A DNA stretch of 64,000 bases from Flammeovirgaceae bacterium BBD 1991-12. GTDB taxonomy: Bacteria; Bacteroidota; Bacteroidia; Cytophagales; Cyclobacteriaceae. This document shows positions 10,762 to 21,024 of this stretch, in pieces (within the stretch, counting starts at the first letter, position 1; the number at the start of each line of letters is the position of its first letter). Location: the NCBI GenBank assembly GCA_001657315.1, contig LYSV01000022.1, forward strand, positions 1,309 through 65,308. The letters are read 5' to 3'. The notes below the pieces were generated by a model. It had not been told where the DNA came from, did no database searches, and saw nothing but the letters and a program-made list of their open reading frames with translations. The translations under genes and the position numbers were made by a program.

Positions 10762-11268
10762 CTATTCAGAGAGCAGGATCAGATGTTCCTGCCAGTCTGA
10801 CGGGATCTCGTTTTTACTGTAGATCCTGAGCTTCCCAGACCGACTGTCCGCAGATGACTGTTTCAGGGATTCATTGAGGAATTCGGTCTTCAGTTTATAC
10901 ATTGATCCTGTAGCAGGGTCTATGATCAGAAGCCCTATCAGACCACCAAATACCAGATTGCCAAAGTACCATCCGTCAAGTCCAAAATGTACAGGTACAA
11001 CTTTATCATCGTAACCGTCCATTGAAAACTTTACAGAGTAGCCGGCCTTCCTGAAATAACCTGCGCCGGATTTTAAACTGACCGTTGCCGGGGTGGTCCC
11101 GACATAGACTTCCTTACCTTTGATATCTGTTACTGAAATTGTCGCCTCAGTGGGTGTACTCCTTATAATCAGAGGATATGTATTTTTACTCACGATACTT
11201 GCACATCCGGTAAAAAGGACAACAGCGACCATAAGGGACAGGGTCGTAATTTTTAGTTTCATATTCAA
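10762..11268 (-). CDS. PEGA-domain lipoprotein
   Basis: 168 aa with a lipoprotein signal (LFTGC lipobox) and a PEGA-like beta domain (ATISVTD..VGTTPATVSL). Confidence 0.65.
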   Translation of the reverse strand: MNMKLKITTLSLMVAVVLFTGCASIVSKNTYPLIIRSTPTEATISVTDIKGKEVYVGTTPATVSLKSGAGYFRKAGYSVKFSMDGYDDKVVPVHFGLDGWYFGNLVFGGLIGLLIIDPATGSMYKLKTEFLNESLKQSSADSRSGKLRIYSKNEIPSDWQEHLILLSE

Positions 11269-11523
11269 TAATCGGGTTTTAATAGATTTAAATGCCTACT
11301 CCTGTTTAAGGTCTTTTTTCGGCTTATTCCGACCTGCTCAGCATTCTCCGTGAATTAACCCATGACCATTGGACAGAGATTGTGATCGTAGCTAAAATAG
11401 TGATCAAAAGATATTTATGCTACCGGAAGGTCACTAAACATTGGCTGAGGCAAAAAATAAAAGATAACGTGACCAGTTCATTCCTTTTTATAAATTTGAG
11501 TTGGGTTAAACTATGGTGCTGTA

Positions 11524-12081
11524 TTGAACAAGACGGATTTCAAGACACTCTTTCTGGATAACTTTCAACTGCTCACGCAAAAGGCTTTCTACATTGTCAG
11601 AAACAATGAAGCCGCGGAAGACATTGTTCAGGATGTATTTTACAGGTTTTGGCAAAAACGAGATGAGCTTACAGTTAACAGCCCCAAAGCCTACCTGATG
11701 CGATCGGTGATCAATACCTGCCTTAATTATCTTGACAAACATAAACGGATGGTACTTACTCCCCATGAGGAGCTACCTGCCAGGATGAAGAATGATACCG
11801 CCGAGACCATTGCGTTCAACGAGCTGAACACCAGGCTCAGGGCTGCACTTGAGAAATTATCGCCTCAGCGTCAGGTGATCTTTTCCCTGAGCCTTTATGA
11901 GGGACTGTCCAATCAGGACATCGCGGATCAGATGGGATTGCAGAAGAAAACGGTGGATAATCAGCTGGGTACGGCCCTCAGACAACTGCGCGAGGAACTG
12001 GCCGGCTATGTAGACCTCCTGATAGACCTCTCACTGCTGGCGATCATTTTTTTTATTTTTTTTCTTCTTGGCCTGGGATAA
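11524..12081 (+). CDS. ECF-type RNA polymerase sigma-70 factor
   Basis: 185 aa (TTG start in the track) with region 2 (DIVQDVFYRFW) and region 4 (LSNQDIADQMGLQKKTVDNQL). A FecR gene follows it. Confidence 0.85.
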   Translation: MNKTDFKTLFLDNFQLLTQKAFYIVRNNEAAEDIVQDVFYRFWQKRDELTVNSPKAYLMRSVINTCLNYLDKHKRMVLTPHEELPARMKNDTAETIAFNELNTRLRAALEKLSPQRQVIFSLSLYEGLSNQDIADQMGLQKKTVDNQLGTALRQLREELAGYVDLLIDLSLLAIIFFIFFLLGLG

Positions 12082-12128
12082 ATGAGGGCCTTCCCTGTCT
12101 ATAGTTTGAATCCATTGACAGATAAAAA

Positions 12129-13106
12129 ATGAAACAGGGAAGAACATATGAGCTAATTGGCAAGGAACTGAAGGGCGAGGCGTCGTCCACGGAGATCCGC
12201 ATACTCTCTGACTGGAAGGAGAAGGATACAACCAACGCCAGACTTTACCATCAGGTAAGCAGTGTGTGGGAAAAGTACAGACTTATCAGTATGGAGGTAA
12301 AAGTGGATGTCCTGACTGCATGGGACAGGTTGGAGCGAAAGATAGAGACTGAGGTCAGTGATACCCGGCAGAATAATATCTTCAGGTGGTCATGGAAGGT
12401 TGCGGCCAGTATTCTCATGGTTTCTTTATTTGCCTTTCTGCTGTACCAGGTCTGGGATGATGTTGATGAGCATCAACTTACCACAACCGAATTCCGGAGT
12501 GATCCCCTGATCCTCGATGATGGTTCCACAGTGTGGTTGAGTCGCAACAGCACGCTTTACTATCCTGAGATATTTGACACAGATACCCGGGTGGTAAGGC
12601 TGAGCGGAGAAGCTTATTTTGAAATAAAACCGAACAAAAACAAACCTTTTATTGTCCAGTCAGACCACGGAACCGAAGCTTTGGTGGTAGGTACAGCATT
12701 CAACTACTTCACGAGCTCAGATTCATCGCTGCTGTCCGTAACAGAGGGGGTGGTCCGGTTTACTGCAGATGACTCAGAAATTGTTCTTCAGGCAAATGAA
12801 GAAGGTATCTTTAACAACGATCATCTGGAAAAAAGGCCAACAACAGATCTCAATCTATTGGCGTGGAAAACAGGTATTCTTCAGTTTGACAGAACTCCGC
12901 TGCATGAGGTTGTTGCCATACTGGCGGATCATTATGATGTTGACATTGTTTTGGAGGTTCAGCAGCAGGAATGGTGCAAACTTATCTCCTATCATGACAA
13001 TCAGGAGCTGTCCGATGTGTTGAATGTGGTCACATCTGTTCTGGGGCTGGAATGGAAGCAGCAGGCGGATGGCAGGTACATCCTTCGCGGAACGGGCTGT
13101 CAGTAA
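12129..13106 (+). CDS. FecR family anti-sigma / transmembrane sensor
   Basis: 325 aa with a central TM segment and a FecR domain (LDDGSTVWLSRNSTL, GEAYFEI). It lies between an ECF sigma gene and a TonB-dependent receptor gene. Confidence 0.85.
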   Translation: MKQGRTYELIGKELKGEASSTEIRILSDWKEKDTTNARLYHQVSSVWEKYRLISMEVKVDVLTAWDRLERKIETEVSDTRQNNIFRWSWKVAASILMVSLFAFLLYQVWDDVDEHQLTTTEFRSDPLILDDGSTVWLSRNSTLYYPEIFDTDTRVVRLSGEAYFEIKPNKNKPFIVQSDHGTEALVVGTAFNYFTSSDSSLLSVTEGVVRFTADDSEIVLQANEEGIFNNDHLEKRPTTDLNLLAWKTGILQFDRTPLHEVVAILADHYDVDIVLEVQQQEWCKLISYHDNQELSDVLNVVTSVLGLEWKQQADGRYILRGTGCQ

Positions 13107-13140
13107 CTTTTCAAAGACCACATTCTTTAAACAACAGGTT

Positions 13141-15759
13141 ATGAAACTCAGGCAACTTATTTTTTTATGGGTCATGTCCGGTATTGGAGGTGTCGTAAAT
13201 GCTCAGCAGGTACTTGAAACGAAAATACAACTTGAAAGGTCAGATGGCTCAAGACTGCAATTCCTAAAGGAGATTGAAAGCCAGGCTGGTGTCATCTTTT
13301 CATACAACCCGGAGACTGTCGATGTGGATTCCAGCGTGGAGGTGAAAATTCGCAGGGGTACACTTAAAGTAATATTGGAGCAGATATTTTCTGATCAACC
13401 CGTTTCTTTTATGACACATGGTACCAGGGTACTGATCATTCGCGGCAAGCGATCAAAGACGGGGAAAAGGACTATCAACGGATATGTAAGGGACATGGAT
13501 ACAGGCGAGGTACTGATAGGGGCCACAATCAGTGCCAGGCCCGTTGATGCCTCTGGCCAGGGGTTTGGAGTCGCTGCCAATATTTATGGATTTTATTCAC
13601 TCTCACTTCCGGAAGGAGCCTACAGGCTGGTCATCACCTATGTCGGATATGAGGCTGTTGAAAGGGAACTGCATATTGATGAAAACCAGAGGCTTGATTT
13701 CGATCTGAAGGAGTCCTTTACAGAGTTGAAGGAGGTGGTGGTAGAATCCACGGCATACGAAGAGGAGGAAGATAGTAACTATGCCTCTAATGATATGGGT
13801 AAAAATACGCTGGGGATCAAAACCATACGGGAAATGCCTGCCCTCTTCGGGGAGGTGGATGTAGTGAAGGCGCTACAACTGCTACCCGGAGTGCAGGTGC
13901 AGGGAGAAGGATCTACCAACTTTTTTGTGCGTGGTGGTAATTCAGATCAGAACCTGGTGCTTTTGGATGAAGCCACCGTATACAATGCTTCTCACCTCAT
14001 GGGTTTCTTTTCGATATTCAATCCGGACGCCCTTAATTATATGAAATTTTACCGCGGGCATATTCCGGCAGCGCATGGTGGACGGCTTTCTTCTCTCCTG
14101 GATATTCGAATGAAGGAAGGTAACAACAAAAAAATGCAGGTGTCGGGTGGTGTAGGCGTTACCTCTGCCCGTTTTACAGTGGAGGGCCCCATAGCCCGTG
14201 AAAAGAGCTCCTTTATGCTGTCCGGAAGACGTACCTATCTCGATCAGTTCCTGAGGTTTTCCGGGGATGACCTGACGAAACAAACCAGGATATATTTCTA
14301 TGATCTTAATGCGAAACTTAACTACAGGATCGATGATCGCAATAAAATATTTTTGTCGGGATACTTCGGACGTGATCTTAACAAGATCCTCGTGTTGCAA
14401 TATGTCATAGATTGGGGCAACACTACCGGTACGTTGCGTTGGAATCATATATTCAATGACAGGCTTTTTTCCAATACTACACTGGTATATAGTAAGTATG
14501 ATTATCTGATCGATCTGTCTGACGAAAATACTCCGTTTAACTGGAGGTCGGAAGTGGAGGATATTACTTTTAAACAGGATTTCGATTTTTTTCTCCATCC
14601 CGACTATCTTCTGTCATTTGGGCTACAATCCACTTTTCACCGGTTTATACCAGGGGAGTCGAAGGAAGATCCCAATTCCGGTGTTCCCCGGAAAAGAGCG
14701 CTGGAAAGCGCTGCGTATTTCAGCGCAGATCATGAAATTACCGAACGCCTGTCCCTCAACTATGGCTTGCGCTATTCATTGTATCAGCTTTTTGGAGAGA
14801 CTACCCTGTTTGAGTATGACGATGCATACAACATTACGAGTGAGCGTCAAACTCAAGGTGATGATATTTATCAGACCTATGGCGGATTTGAGCCTCGTAT
14901 AAGCGCACGCCATCTTTTGGGAGGGAATAATTCCATTAAAATGAGCTACAACCGCAACCGGCAGTACATGCAACTGCTGTCCAATTTGTCATTGGGATTT
15001 AATGTTTTTGATATCTGGTATCCTTCCAGCAACCGTATCAGGCCACAGATAGCAGATCATTTCAGCATGGGATATTTTCAGAACCTGAAAAACAACAAAT
15101 ACGAGCTTTCTGCAGAATTGTACTATAAAAAGCTCCACAACCAGGTGGATTATGCCGATCATTCGGTCCTTATTATGAATCGTGAATTGGAGGCTCAGCT
15201 GAGAACAGGAGATGGGGAGGCCTATGGAATGGAACTAATGTTCAGGAAGAACGGGCGCCTGAATGGATGGCTGAGCTACACATATTCACGGGCATTGCGT
15301 CAGATCGAAGGAATAAATGATTCACGTGAATATCCGGCGCTCTATGATCAGCCGCATGCTTTTTCTGTGGTGGGGAACTACCGTCTTACACCACGATGGA
15401 CCCTTTCCGTTAACTGGAATTATGCCTCAGGAAGACCGGTGAGCCTGCCAGATGAATCGTATCGCTTTGAGCAATACATAGTACCCGTCTATGGCAGCAA
15501 GAACAATGAAAGAATGCCTGGTTATCATCGCCTTGACGTATCGTTCACGTTGTTTCCAAAGGAAAAGCCTGGCAGGAAAAATGAAAGCAGCTGGAACTTT
15601 GGTGTTTACAATCTTTATGCCCGCCGCAATGCAGCCTCCGTTTTCGTGTCCGCCGAGCTGGAGGATATTGACCTGGTGAAAGACCCGGACCGCCCGGCTT
15701 TTCACAGACTTTCACTCTTTGGCATTATTCCCAGTATTGCTTACAATTTCAAATTTTAG
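13141..15759 (+). CDS. TonB-dependent receptor with N-terminal signalling/STN-like and carboxypeptidase-regulatory-like domains
   Basis: The ATG at 13141 (MKLRQLIFLWV..) gives a signal peptide. The sequence has the plug motifs (DVVKALQLLPGVQ, FFVRGG, NLVLLDEATVYN) and ends in F (AYNFKF) on the terminal beta strand. Confidence 0.9.
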   Translation: MKLRQLIFLWVMSGIGGVVNAQQVLETKIQLERSDGSRLQFLKEIESQAGVIFSYNPETVDVDSSVEVKIRRGTLKVILEQIFSDQPVSFMTHGTRVLIIRGKRSKTGKRTINGYVRDMDTGEVLIGATISARPVDASGQGFGVAANIYGFYSLSLPEGAYRLVITYVGYEAVERELHIDENQRLDFDLKESFTELKEVVVESTAYEEEEDSNYASNDMGKNTLGIKTIREMPALFGEVDVVKALQLLPGVQVQGEGSTNFFVRGGNSDQNLVLLDEATVYNASHLMGFFSIFNPDALNYMKFYRGHIPAAHGGRLSSLLDIRMKEGNNKKMQVSGGVGVTSARFTVEGPIAREKSSFMLSGRRTYLDQFLRFSGDDLTKQTRIYFYDLNAKLNYRIDDRNKIFLSGYFGRDLNKILVLQYVIDWGNTTGTLRWNHIFNDRLFSNTTLVYSKYDYLIDLSDENTPFNWRSEVEDITFKQDFDFFLHPDYLLSFGLQSTFHRFIPGESKEDPNSGVPRKRALESAAYFSADHEITERLSLNYGLRYSLYQLFGETTLFEYDDAYNITSERQTQGDDIYQTYGGFEPRISARHLLGGNNSIKMSYNRNRQYMQLLSNLSLGFNVFDIWYPSSNRIRPQIADHFSMGYFQNLKNNKYELSAELYYKKLHNQVDYADHSVLIMNRELEAQLRTGDGEAYGMELMFRKNGRLNGWLSYTYSRALRQIEGINDSREYPALYDQPHAFSVVGNYRLTPRWTLSVNWNYASGRPVSLPDESYRFEQYIVPVYGSKNNERMPGYHRLDVSFTLFPKEKPGRKNESSWNFGVYNLYARRNAASVFVSAELEDIDLVKDPDRPAFHRLSLFGIIPSIAYNFKF

Positions 15760-15763
15760 TAGT

Positions 15764-16648
15764 ATGAAAAAAACAATATATCTCTGCATATTGCTGCTGA
15801 CCTCCTGTATTGATACGATCGAATGGGAGGGCCAAAATGAAGCATCGGGAACTTTGGTGGTGGACGGAGCTATAACCACAGATACCACGGCTCATACCAT
15901 CCGCCTGACCAGGAGCCAGCCCGTCATTCAGGATTCTGCACCGGATCCTGTCACCGGCGCTGATGTAACACTTGCTACCGACAGAGTGACCCATGTCCTG
16001 AGCGAGACTGAACCAGGGATCTATCAGACCGATTCTTCGGTATTTGGTGTAACAGGGAGCACCTATCATTTACGCATTGCGGTAGAAAATGAGGTCTATG
16101 AGGCATTTGCTGAAATGGTACCTTTGGGAATGTCGCCGGAGCCGGTGGAGATCAGAAAGAATACTTTTAAACCCCCCAACCTGCCTGAGAGGGAGGTCAT
16201 GGAATTTATCTATCCTCCCAATTTTGGTTCCGTAAGACCGGCGCGCTACCGCATTATGGTCCGGCTTCCTGAAAATGTGGATGATCTGGTAGCGGCGGGA
16301 TATGATGTACCCCGCTGGCTTCTTAATCAGCTGGAAAAGGATAGCTTTATAGTTTCGGATTCTACCTACTACCTGCATCCAGGCCTTGAACCGCCAGCCA
16401 TATTTGCCTATGGAGAAACCAATGAATCACGGTTGTCCGTTCCCGGTACGCGGATCATCGAAGAATACTACTCCATGACGGATGAACATTATGAATATGT
16501 TCGTTCGGTGCTGTCCGAATCGGAGTGGCGGGGTCTGGGGCCTTTTGGGTATATTCCGGGAAATGCAGTAGGAAACATCAGCAATGGAGCATTTGGATAT
16601 TTTTCTGCCTCTCAGGTGGTCAGGTTGGACCAGGTCCCTGAGCCTTAG
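15764..16648 (+). CDS. DUF4249-like lipoprotein partnered with the TonB-dependent receptor
   Basis: The ATG at 15764 (MKKTIYLCILLLTSC) gives a lipobox. The position and size match the DUF4249 partners of this receptor class. There is a second such pair at 26453-29676. Confidence 0.7.
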   Translation: MKKTIYLCILLLTSCIDTIEWEGQNEASGTLVVDGAITTDTTAHTIRLTRSQPVIQDSAPDPVTGADVTLATDRVTHVLSETEPGIYQTDSSVFGVTGSTYHLRIAVENEVYEAFAEMVPLGMSPEPVEIRKNTFKPPNLPEREVMEFIYPPNFGSVRPARYRIMVRLPENVDDLVAAGYDVPRWLLNQLEKDSFIVSDSTYYLHPGLEPPAIFAYGETNESRLSVPGTRIIEEYYSMTDEHYEYVRSVLSESEWRGLGPFGYIPGNAVGNISNGAFGYFSASQVVRLDQVPEP

Positions 16649-16782
16649 GTTCTAAACGGATGGATGTTCGCTGATAAGCCATCCGTCAGCATGAGTTGGG
16701 AATACGATCATCGCTTTACACCCGGGCCCAGGGTCAAAACAATCGCTGCTTTCACCTGTTGTATACATCTAAACCATAAACC

Positions 16783-17340
16783 TTGTCCTCCCAGGTCCGG
16801 CATATTACCCCGAAGGTGTCTGTTGAAAAACAAATAGTTGGTTTGCTTCAGGCAAAAGACAAAAGAGCCATTCACCTGGTCTTTGAACATTATTCCGTTA
16901 TGCTAATGAATGTTATCCTGAGGATAGTCCGGGACGAATCCCTGGCACAGGATGTGCTTCAGGAGGCATTGCTGAAAGTATGGAAAAACGGACAGTCCTA
17001 TAATGCGGAAAAAGGAAGTCTGTTTACATGGCTTACCAGGATATGCCGGAATGCTGCGATCGACAAGACCCGGACCAAAGATTTCCGGCTGACCGAGAGA
17101 TCCAAAACATCCGTTGATCTCGTAAGTATACTGGAGGTGAGTGAGACAGAAGGGGAACTGGAGCATTTGCATATGCGACAGCTGGTGGATCAACTGCCGC
17201 CAATTCAAAGGAATTTGATAGATTTGGCTTATTTTCAGGGATATACACAAAAGGAAATAGCAGAGAGGCTTAGGATGCCACTCGGAACGGTAAAGACCAG
17301 AATAAGGCTGGCCCTTAAACATTTGAGATCAGTTATTTAA
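16783..17340 (+). CDS. ECF sigma factor (SigK-like)
   Basis: 185 aa (TTG start in the track, so the start is uncertain) with region 2 (DVLQEALLKVW) and region 4 (YTQKEIAERLRMPLGTVKTRIR). Confidence 0.85.
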   Translation: MSSQVRHITPKVSVEKQIVGLLQAKDKRAIHLVFEHYSVMLMNVILRIVRDESLAQDVLQEALLKVWKNGQSYNAEKGSLFTWLTRICRNAAIDKTRTKDFRLTERSKTSVDLVSILEVSETEGELEHLHMRQLVDQLPPIQRNLIDLAYFQGYTQKEIAERLRMPLGTVKTRIRLALKHLRSVI

Positions 17341-17341
17341 G

Positions 17342-18160
17342 TTGGATACCAAAGAATACATAGAGTCGGGGGTGCTGGAAGCGTACTGGATGGGAGAGCT
17401 CGGTGAAGAGGAGATGGTGGCTGTAGATCGCTTGGCAGAAGCCAACGAAGAGATCAGGGAGGAGCTGGAACGGTTAAGAAAAACCATCACCAGGTATGCC
17501 CAAACCACGGGTAAACGGCCGGATCCTGCGGTCTTGTCTCACGTTTTTATGGATATCGAGGAGGACAGTGCGCCTGACAGAGCACAAAAAGTTCAGAAAG
17601 GGAGAGGATCATTCGGCGTTTCCAAACCCTTCCCCGTCTGGTCGATAGCTGCTTCTTTTTTATTGCTGGTAAGTATCGGGTTCAATTTTTATTTCCTTTC
17701 TGAACTTCAGCAGAGCCGTGAGGAGGTGCAGGCCATGACACAGGAAAAAGATCTGCTGGCTGATCAGGTGAAAACTACGGGAGAACAACTGGACTACGAA
17801 AGGCTGAGAATAGCCCATTTTCTTAATGAGGATAATATCCACATACGTATGGATGGTTCCGAATTGTCCCCCCGGTCGTTTGCCAATGTATTCTGGAATA
17901 AAAAAACCAATGCTGTGTTCATTAGCGTGGATAATCTCCCGGAGCCTCCACACGGACATCAGTATCAGTTATGGGCGATCAAGGTTGGTCACGAGGACCC
18001 TGTTGATGCAGGTATTTTTGATCACAATGAGCTTGTACAGGAGTTGAAAGTGATCCGTGGAGATGTGACTGCCTTTGCTGTTACGCTGGAAAAGGAAGGA
18101 GGCACGCAACAGGCCAGCGTTGAAAAAACGTTTGTGAAAGGTTTTTTGAAAAAAAGCTGA
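17342..18160 (+). CDS. anti-sigma factor, RskA-like (anti-sigma-K)
   Basis: 272 aa, starting 1 nt after the sigma gene stop. It has an N-terminal anti-sigma helix region, one TM segment and a C-terminal RskA-type domain (YQLWAI...AFAVTLEKEGG). Confidence 0.75.
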   Translation: MDTKEYIESGVLEAYWMGELGEEEMVAVDRLAEANEEIREELERLRKTITRYAQTTGKRPDPAVLSHVFMDIEEDSAPDRAQKVQKGRGSFGVSKPFPVWSIAASFLLLVSIGFNFYFLSELQQSREEVQAMTQEKDLLADQVKTTGEQLDYERLRIAHFLNEDNIHIRMDGSELSPRSFANVFWNKKTNAVFISVDNLPEPPHGHQYQLWAIKVGHEDPVDAGIFDHNELVQELKVIRGDVTAFAVTLEKEGGTQQASVEKTFVKGFLKKS

Positions 18161-18235
18161 CCTCAAAAATCCAACCCACCCTGTGAGGTCGTAGTTAGGA
18201 TGTATTTGATCATTAATTACAAAACATTCTAACAA

Positions 18236-18736
18236 ATGAAAACTCAAAAAATGAAAGTTGTCCTATGGGGAGCAGTCCTGGTGGTATTGGCTTTTAGCTC
18301 GTCAGTGAAATCTCAATCAAAAGATATTGTGGACCTCGCAGCAGGCAATGAAGACCTGGAAACACTGGTAGCCGCTGTAAAAGCAGGGGGATTGGTGGAA
18401 ACATTGAAAGGGAAAGGTCCCTTCACTGTATTTGCCCCGACCGATGAGGCCTTTGCGGCGCTTCCTGACGGAACGCTGGAATCGTTGCTGAAACCGGAAA
18501 ATAAGGATCAACTGGTAGCCATACTCACTTATCATGTTGTTTCCGGCAAGGTGATGTCAAAAGATCTTACCAACGGCCAAAAGGCTGCCACTGTACAGGG
18601 AGAGAATGTAAAGGTTTCCATTGGAAGCGCTGGTGTAAAGATTGATGATGCCAAAGTGGTTGCTGCTGATGTAAAAGCCAAAAACGGCGTGGTCCATGTC
18701 ATTGACAAAGTGATCCTGCCACCTTCGATGAAGTAA
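18236..18736 (+). CDS. secreted fasciclin (FAS1) domain protein
   Basis: 166 aa with a signal peptide and FAS1 motifs ([29 protein letters not shown]). Confidence 0.9.
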   Translation: MKTQKMKVVLWGAVLVVLAFSSSVKSQSKDIVDLAAGNEDLETLVAAVKAGGLVETLKGKGPFTVFAPTDEAFAALPDGTLESLLKPENKDQLVAILTYHVVSGKVMSKDLTNGQKAATVQGENVKVSIGSAGVKIDDAKVVAADVKAKNGVVHVIDKVILPPSMK

Positions 18737-18760
18737 GGCTTTTTGTCAATTTGGTGGAAT

Positions 18761-18790
18761 AGCCCTTCGAATTACCGGAGGGCTTTTTTG
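18761..18790 (+). terminator. rho-independent terminator after the fasciclin gene
   Basis: An 8-bp stem AGCCCTTC / GGAGGGCT with an 8-nt loop, followed by TTTTTT. Confidence 0.6.
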
Positions 18791-18845
18791 TTGGTTCCAA
18801 AGAGACAAAATCCACTCGTGAGATTTAGATTTGTTAAAAAGCCGT

Positions 18846-19760
18846 ATGGACTATCACAGGATCCTAACCGATATACAAGCCGACGTTTTACCATTGATCA
18901 ATAAGGGCAAGGTAGCCGATTACATTCCTCAGTTGGCGAAGGTAGACCCTTCCAGGTTTGGTATTCACCTGCATATGCTCGATGGGCAGTCCTTTGCTGT
19001 CGGACATTCTGAAGAGCAGTTTTCAATACAAAGTATTTCCAAGGTGCTTATGCTGTGTATGGCGGTAGGTAAGCTTGGCCAGAAAGTTTACAGGAGAGTG
19101 GATGTGGAGCCATCCGGAGATCCTTTCAATTCATTGGTACAACTGGAGTATGAACAGGGTATTCCGCGCAATCCGTTTATTAATGCCGGAGCTCTCGTGA
19201 TCACGGATATGCTCATGGATGCTTTTGACCATCCGAAACAGGACTTTCTTGACTTTGTGCGGGCCATTAGTGGTCATTCTGATATTCAGTGCAATCCGGA
19301 AGTAGCCTTATCGGAGAAGAGATGTGGGTTTAAAAATGCTGCTATTGTGAATCTGATGAAATCCTTTGGCAACATCAGGAATGATGTAGAGCAGGTGCTT
19401 GACCTCTATTACGATTTTTGTTCCGTAGAGATGAGCTGCCGGCAACTGGCACATGCTTTTTGCCTCATTGCCAATCATGGAAGAGGCATAGCAGATGACC
19501 GAAAATATCTCACGGAGAGCCAGTTCAAAAGGATAACCGCCATCATGATGACCTGTGGGTTCTATGACGAGGCAGGCGAATTTGCCTTTCGGGTGGGCTT
19601 GCCCGGCAAAAGTGGTGTAGGTGGAGGGATTGTTGCCCTTCTGCCGCAAAAATTCAGTATTGCCGTATGGAGCCCGGGGTTGAATGCGAAAGGTAATTCA
19701 TTGGCCGGCATGAAGGCGTTGGAAATTTTTACCACAAAAACGGAATGGTCTGTTTTTTAG
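18846..19760 (+). CDS. glsA: glutaminase A
   Basis: Serine beta-lactamase-like glutaminase motifs (SIQSISKV, NPFINAGA, GKSGVGGGI). The ATG at 18846 is preferred over the TTG at 18831. Confidence 0.9.
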   Translation: MDYHRILTDIQADVLPLINKGKVADYIPQLAKVDPSRFGIHLHMLDGQSFAVGHSEEQFSIQSISKVLMLCMAVGKLGQKVYRRVDVEPSGDPFNSLVQLEYEQGIPRNPFINAGALVITDMLMDAFDHPKQDFLDFVRAISGHSDIQCNPEVALSEKRCGFKNAAIVNLMKSFGNIRNDVEQVLDLYYDFCSVEMSCRQLAHAFCLIANHGRGIADDRKYLTESQFKRITAIMMTCGFYDEAGEFAFRVGLPGKSGVGGGIVALLPQKFSIAVWSPGLNAKGNSLAGMKALEIFTTKTEWSVF

Positions 19761-19863
19761 AGTTTTACAAAAGGATAGTGACGATACACCTAATTATATA
19801 AACACTTTCCCGGTTACACAACTACGGGAAAATGGTATATAACCGTAAATAAACCCATTATCC

Positions 19864-21006
19864 ATGACGATGAGTAAAGCTGCCTTTACGGGCTTGCTAT
19901 GTTCTTTTTTGGCTGCCGGTGCGGCGGGGCAGATTAGCTTTGTTTCAAACGACAACTATACCGGTGACTGGTTAGATGATAATTCGTGGGCGCCTCAGAA
20001 CCCATCTCACCCTACCAGTTCATCCGCTGACGCCATAGCTATCAATGGTTATATCACCAGGCAGGGTGATCTTACTGTCAACAATGCTAATCCTGTAATA
20101 ACCGTAGTTGATACCCTGATAATTACAGGAAATGCAATATTAGGTTCAGGAGCACGCTTAAATGTGCCGGCCAATGGTCTTCTTATAGTAACCGGAGACC
20201 TTACTACTCAGGGGGCCTTTAATCTGGGGAATTCGGGACGGGTGGTTGTAGGTGGGAATGTGAGCGTTACTAATGGCAGTATCACCAACAATCAGGATTT
20301 TTATGTGTTTGGGTCTACCTCTACTTCAGGTGGTGGTGGAATAGATGGATGCTTTCCATGGGTGGCCTGTGATCCGGCTGCCAACCTCGGCGATGAAAAT
20401 GATTTGAGGACCAATGATCCCTCTCTTAGAACCTTTTTAGAAACTCTGAATGTACTTCCTGTGGAGTTGATCTTTTTCGAGGCAAGCACAGAAAAAGAGA
20501 CAATAGCTTTAAAATGGGCAACCGCAAGTGAGCTGAATAATGATTATTTCGAAATACAGCGATCAGGCAACGGGATAGATTTTGAGAAGATCGGAATGGT
20601 AGAAGGCAATGGCACTATTCATCTTACGATTCATTACAGTTTTGAGGACAGATCCCCGCTGAACGGCGTGAATTATTACCGTTTAAAGCAACATGATTTT
20701 GATGGAGCCTTTGAATACAGCCATATCGTCAGGGATTTTTTTGATATCAGGCAGGCTGAGCTGAAGGTTTATCCCAATCCCGCACGGGAAAATCTTCAAA
20801 TCTCCCTTGACGACAGGTTCATCAACACGACCGTACAGTTAAAATTATATGACAGCAAAGGTATGGTGGCGATGGAAAGAGAGTTCGTGCCATCCTCCTC
20901 TATGTCCATGATAGGATTGGAAAATGTGAAAGTTCCCGGCATTTATGTGCTCCATGTTCGCAACGGACGATTTGAAGAGTTTGGTCAGGTGGCCGTTGCA
21001 AGATAA
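19864..21006 (+). CDS. secreted protein with T9SS C-terminal sorting domain
   Basis: 380 aa with a signal peptide and a C-terminal ~80-aa Por/T9SS-type sorting domain (LKVYPNPARENLQI ... YVLHVRNG). Confidence 0.75.
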   Translation: MTMSKAAFTGLLCSFLAAGAAGQISFVSNDNYTGDWLDDNSWAPQNPSHPTSSSADAIAINGYITRQGDLTVNNANPVITVVDTLIITGNAILGSGARLNVPANGLLIVTGDLTTQGAFNLGNSGRVVVGGNVSVTNGSITNNQDFYVFGSTSTSGGGGIDGCFPWVACDPAANLGDENDLRTNDPSLRTFLETLNVLPVELIFFEASTEKETIALKWATASELNNDYFEIQRSGNGIDFEKIGMVEGNGTIHLTIHYSFEDRSPLNGVNYYRLKQHDFDGAFEYSHIVRDFFDIRQAELKVYPNPARENLQISLDDRFINTTVQLKLYDSKGMVAMEREFVPSSSMSMIGLENVKVPGIYVLHVRNGRFEEFGQVAVAR

Positions 21007-21024
21007 TGCCGGATCATCCTGTTT

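Noticed and set aside
12006-12081. Hydrophobic C-terminal tail (LLIDLSLLAIIFFIFFLLGLG) on the ECF sigma factor, suggesting a membrane-anchored sigma
   Set aside because: The tail is encoded by a T-rich tract (tttttttatttttttttcttcttgg) after the end of region 4. This could be read-through of a low-complexity or terminator-like sequence. It is not supportable without homolog comparison.
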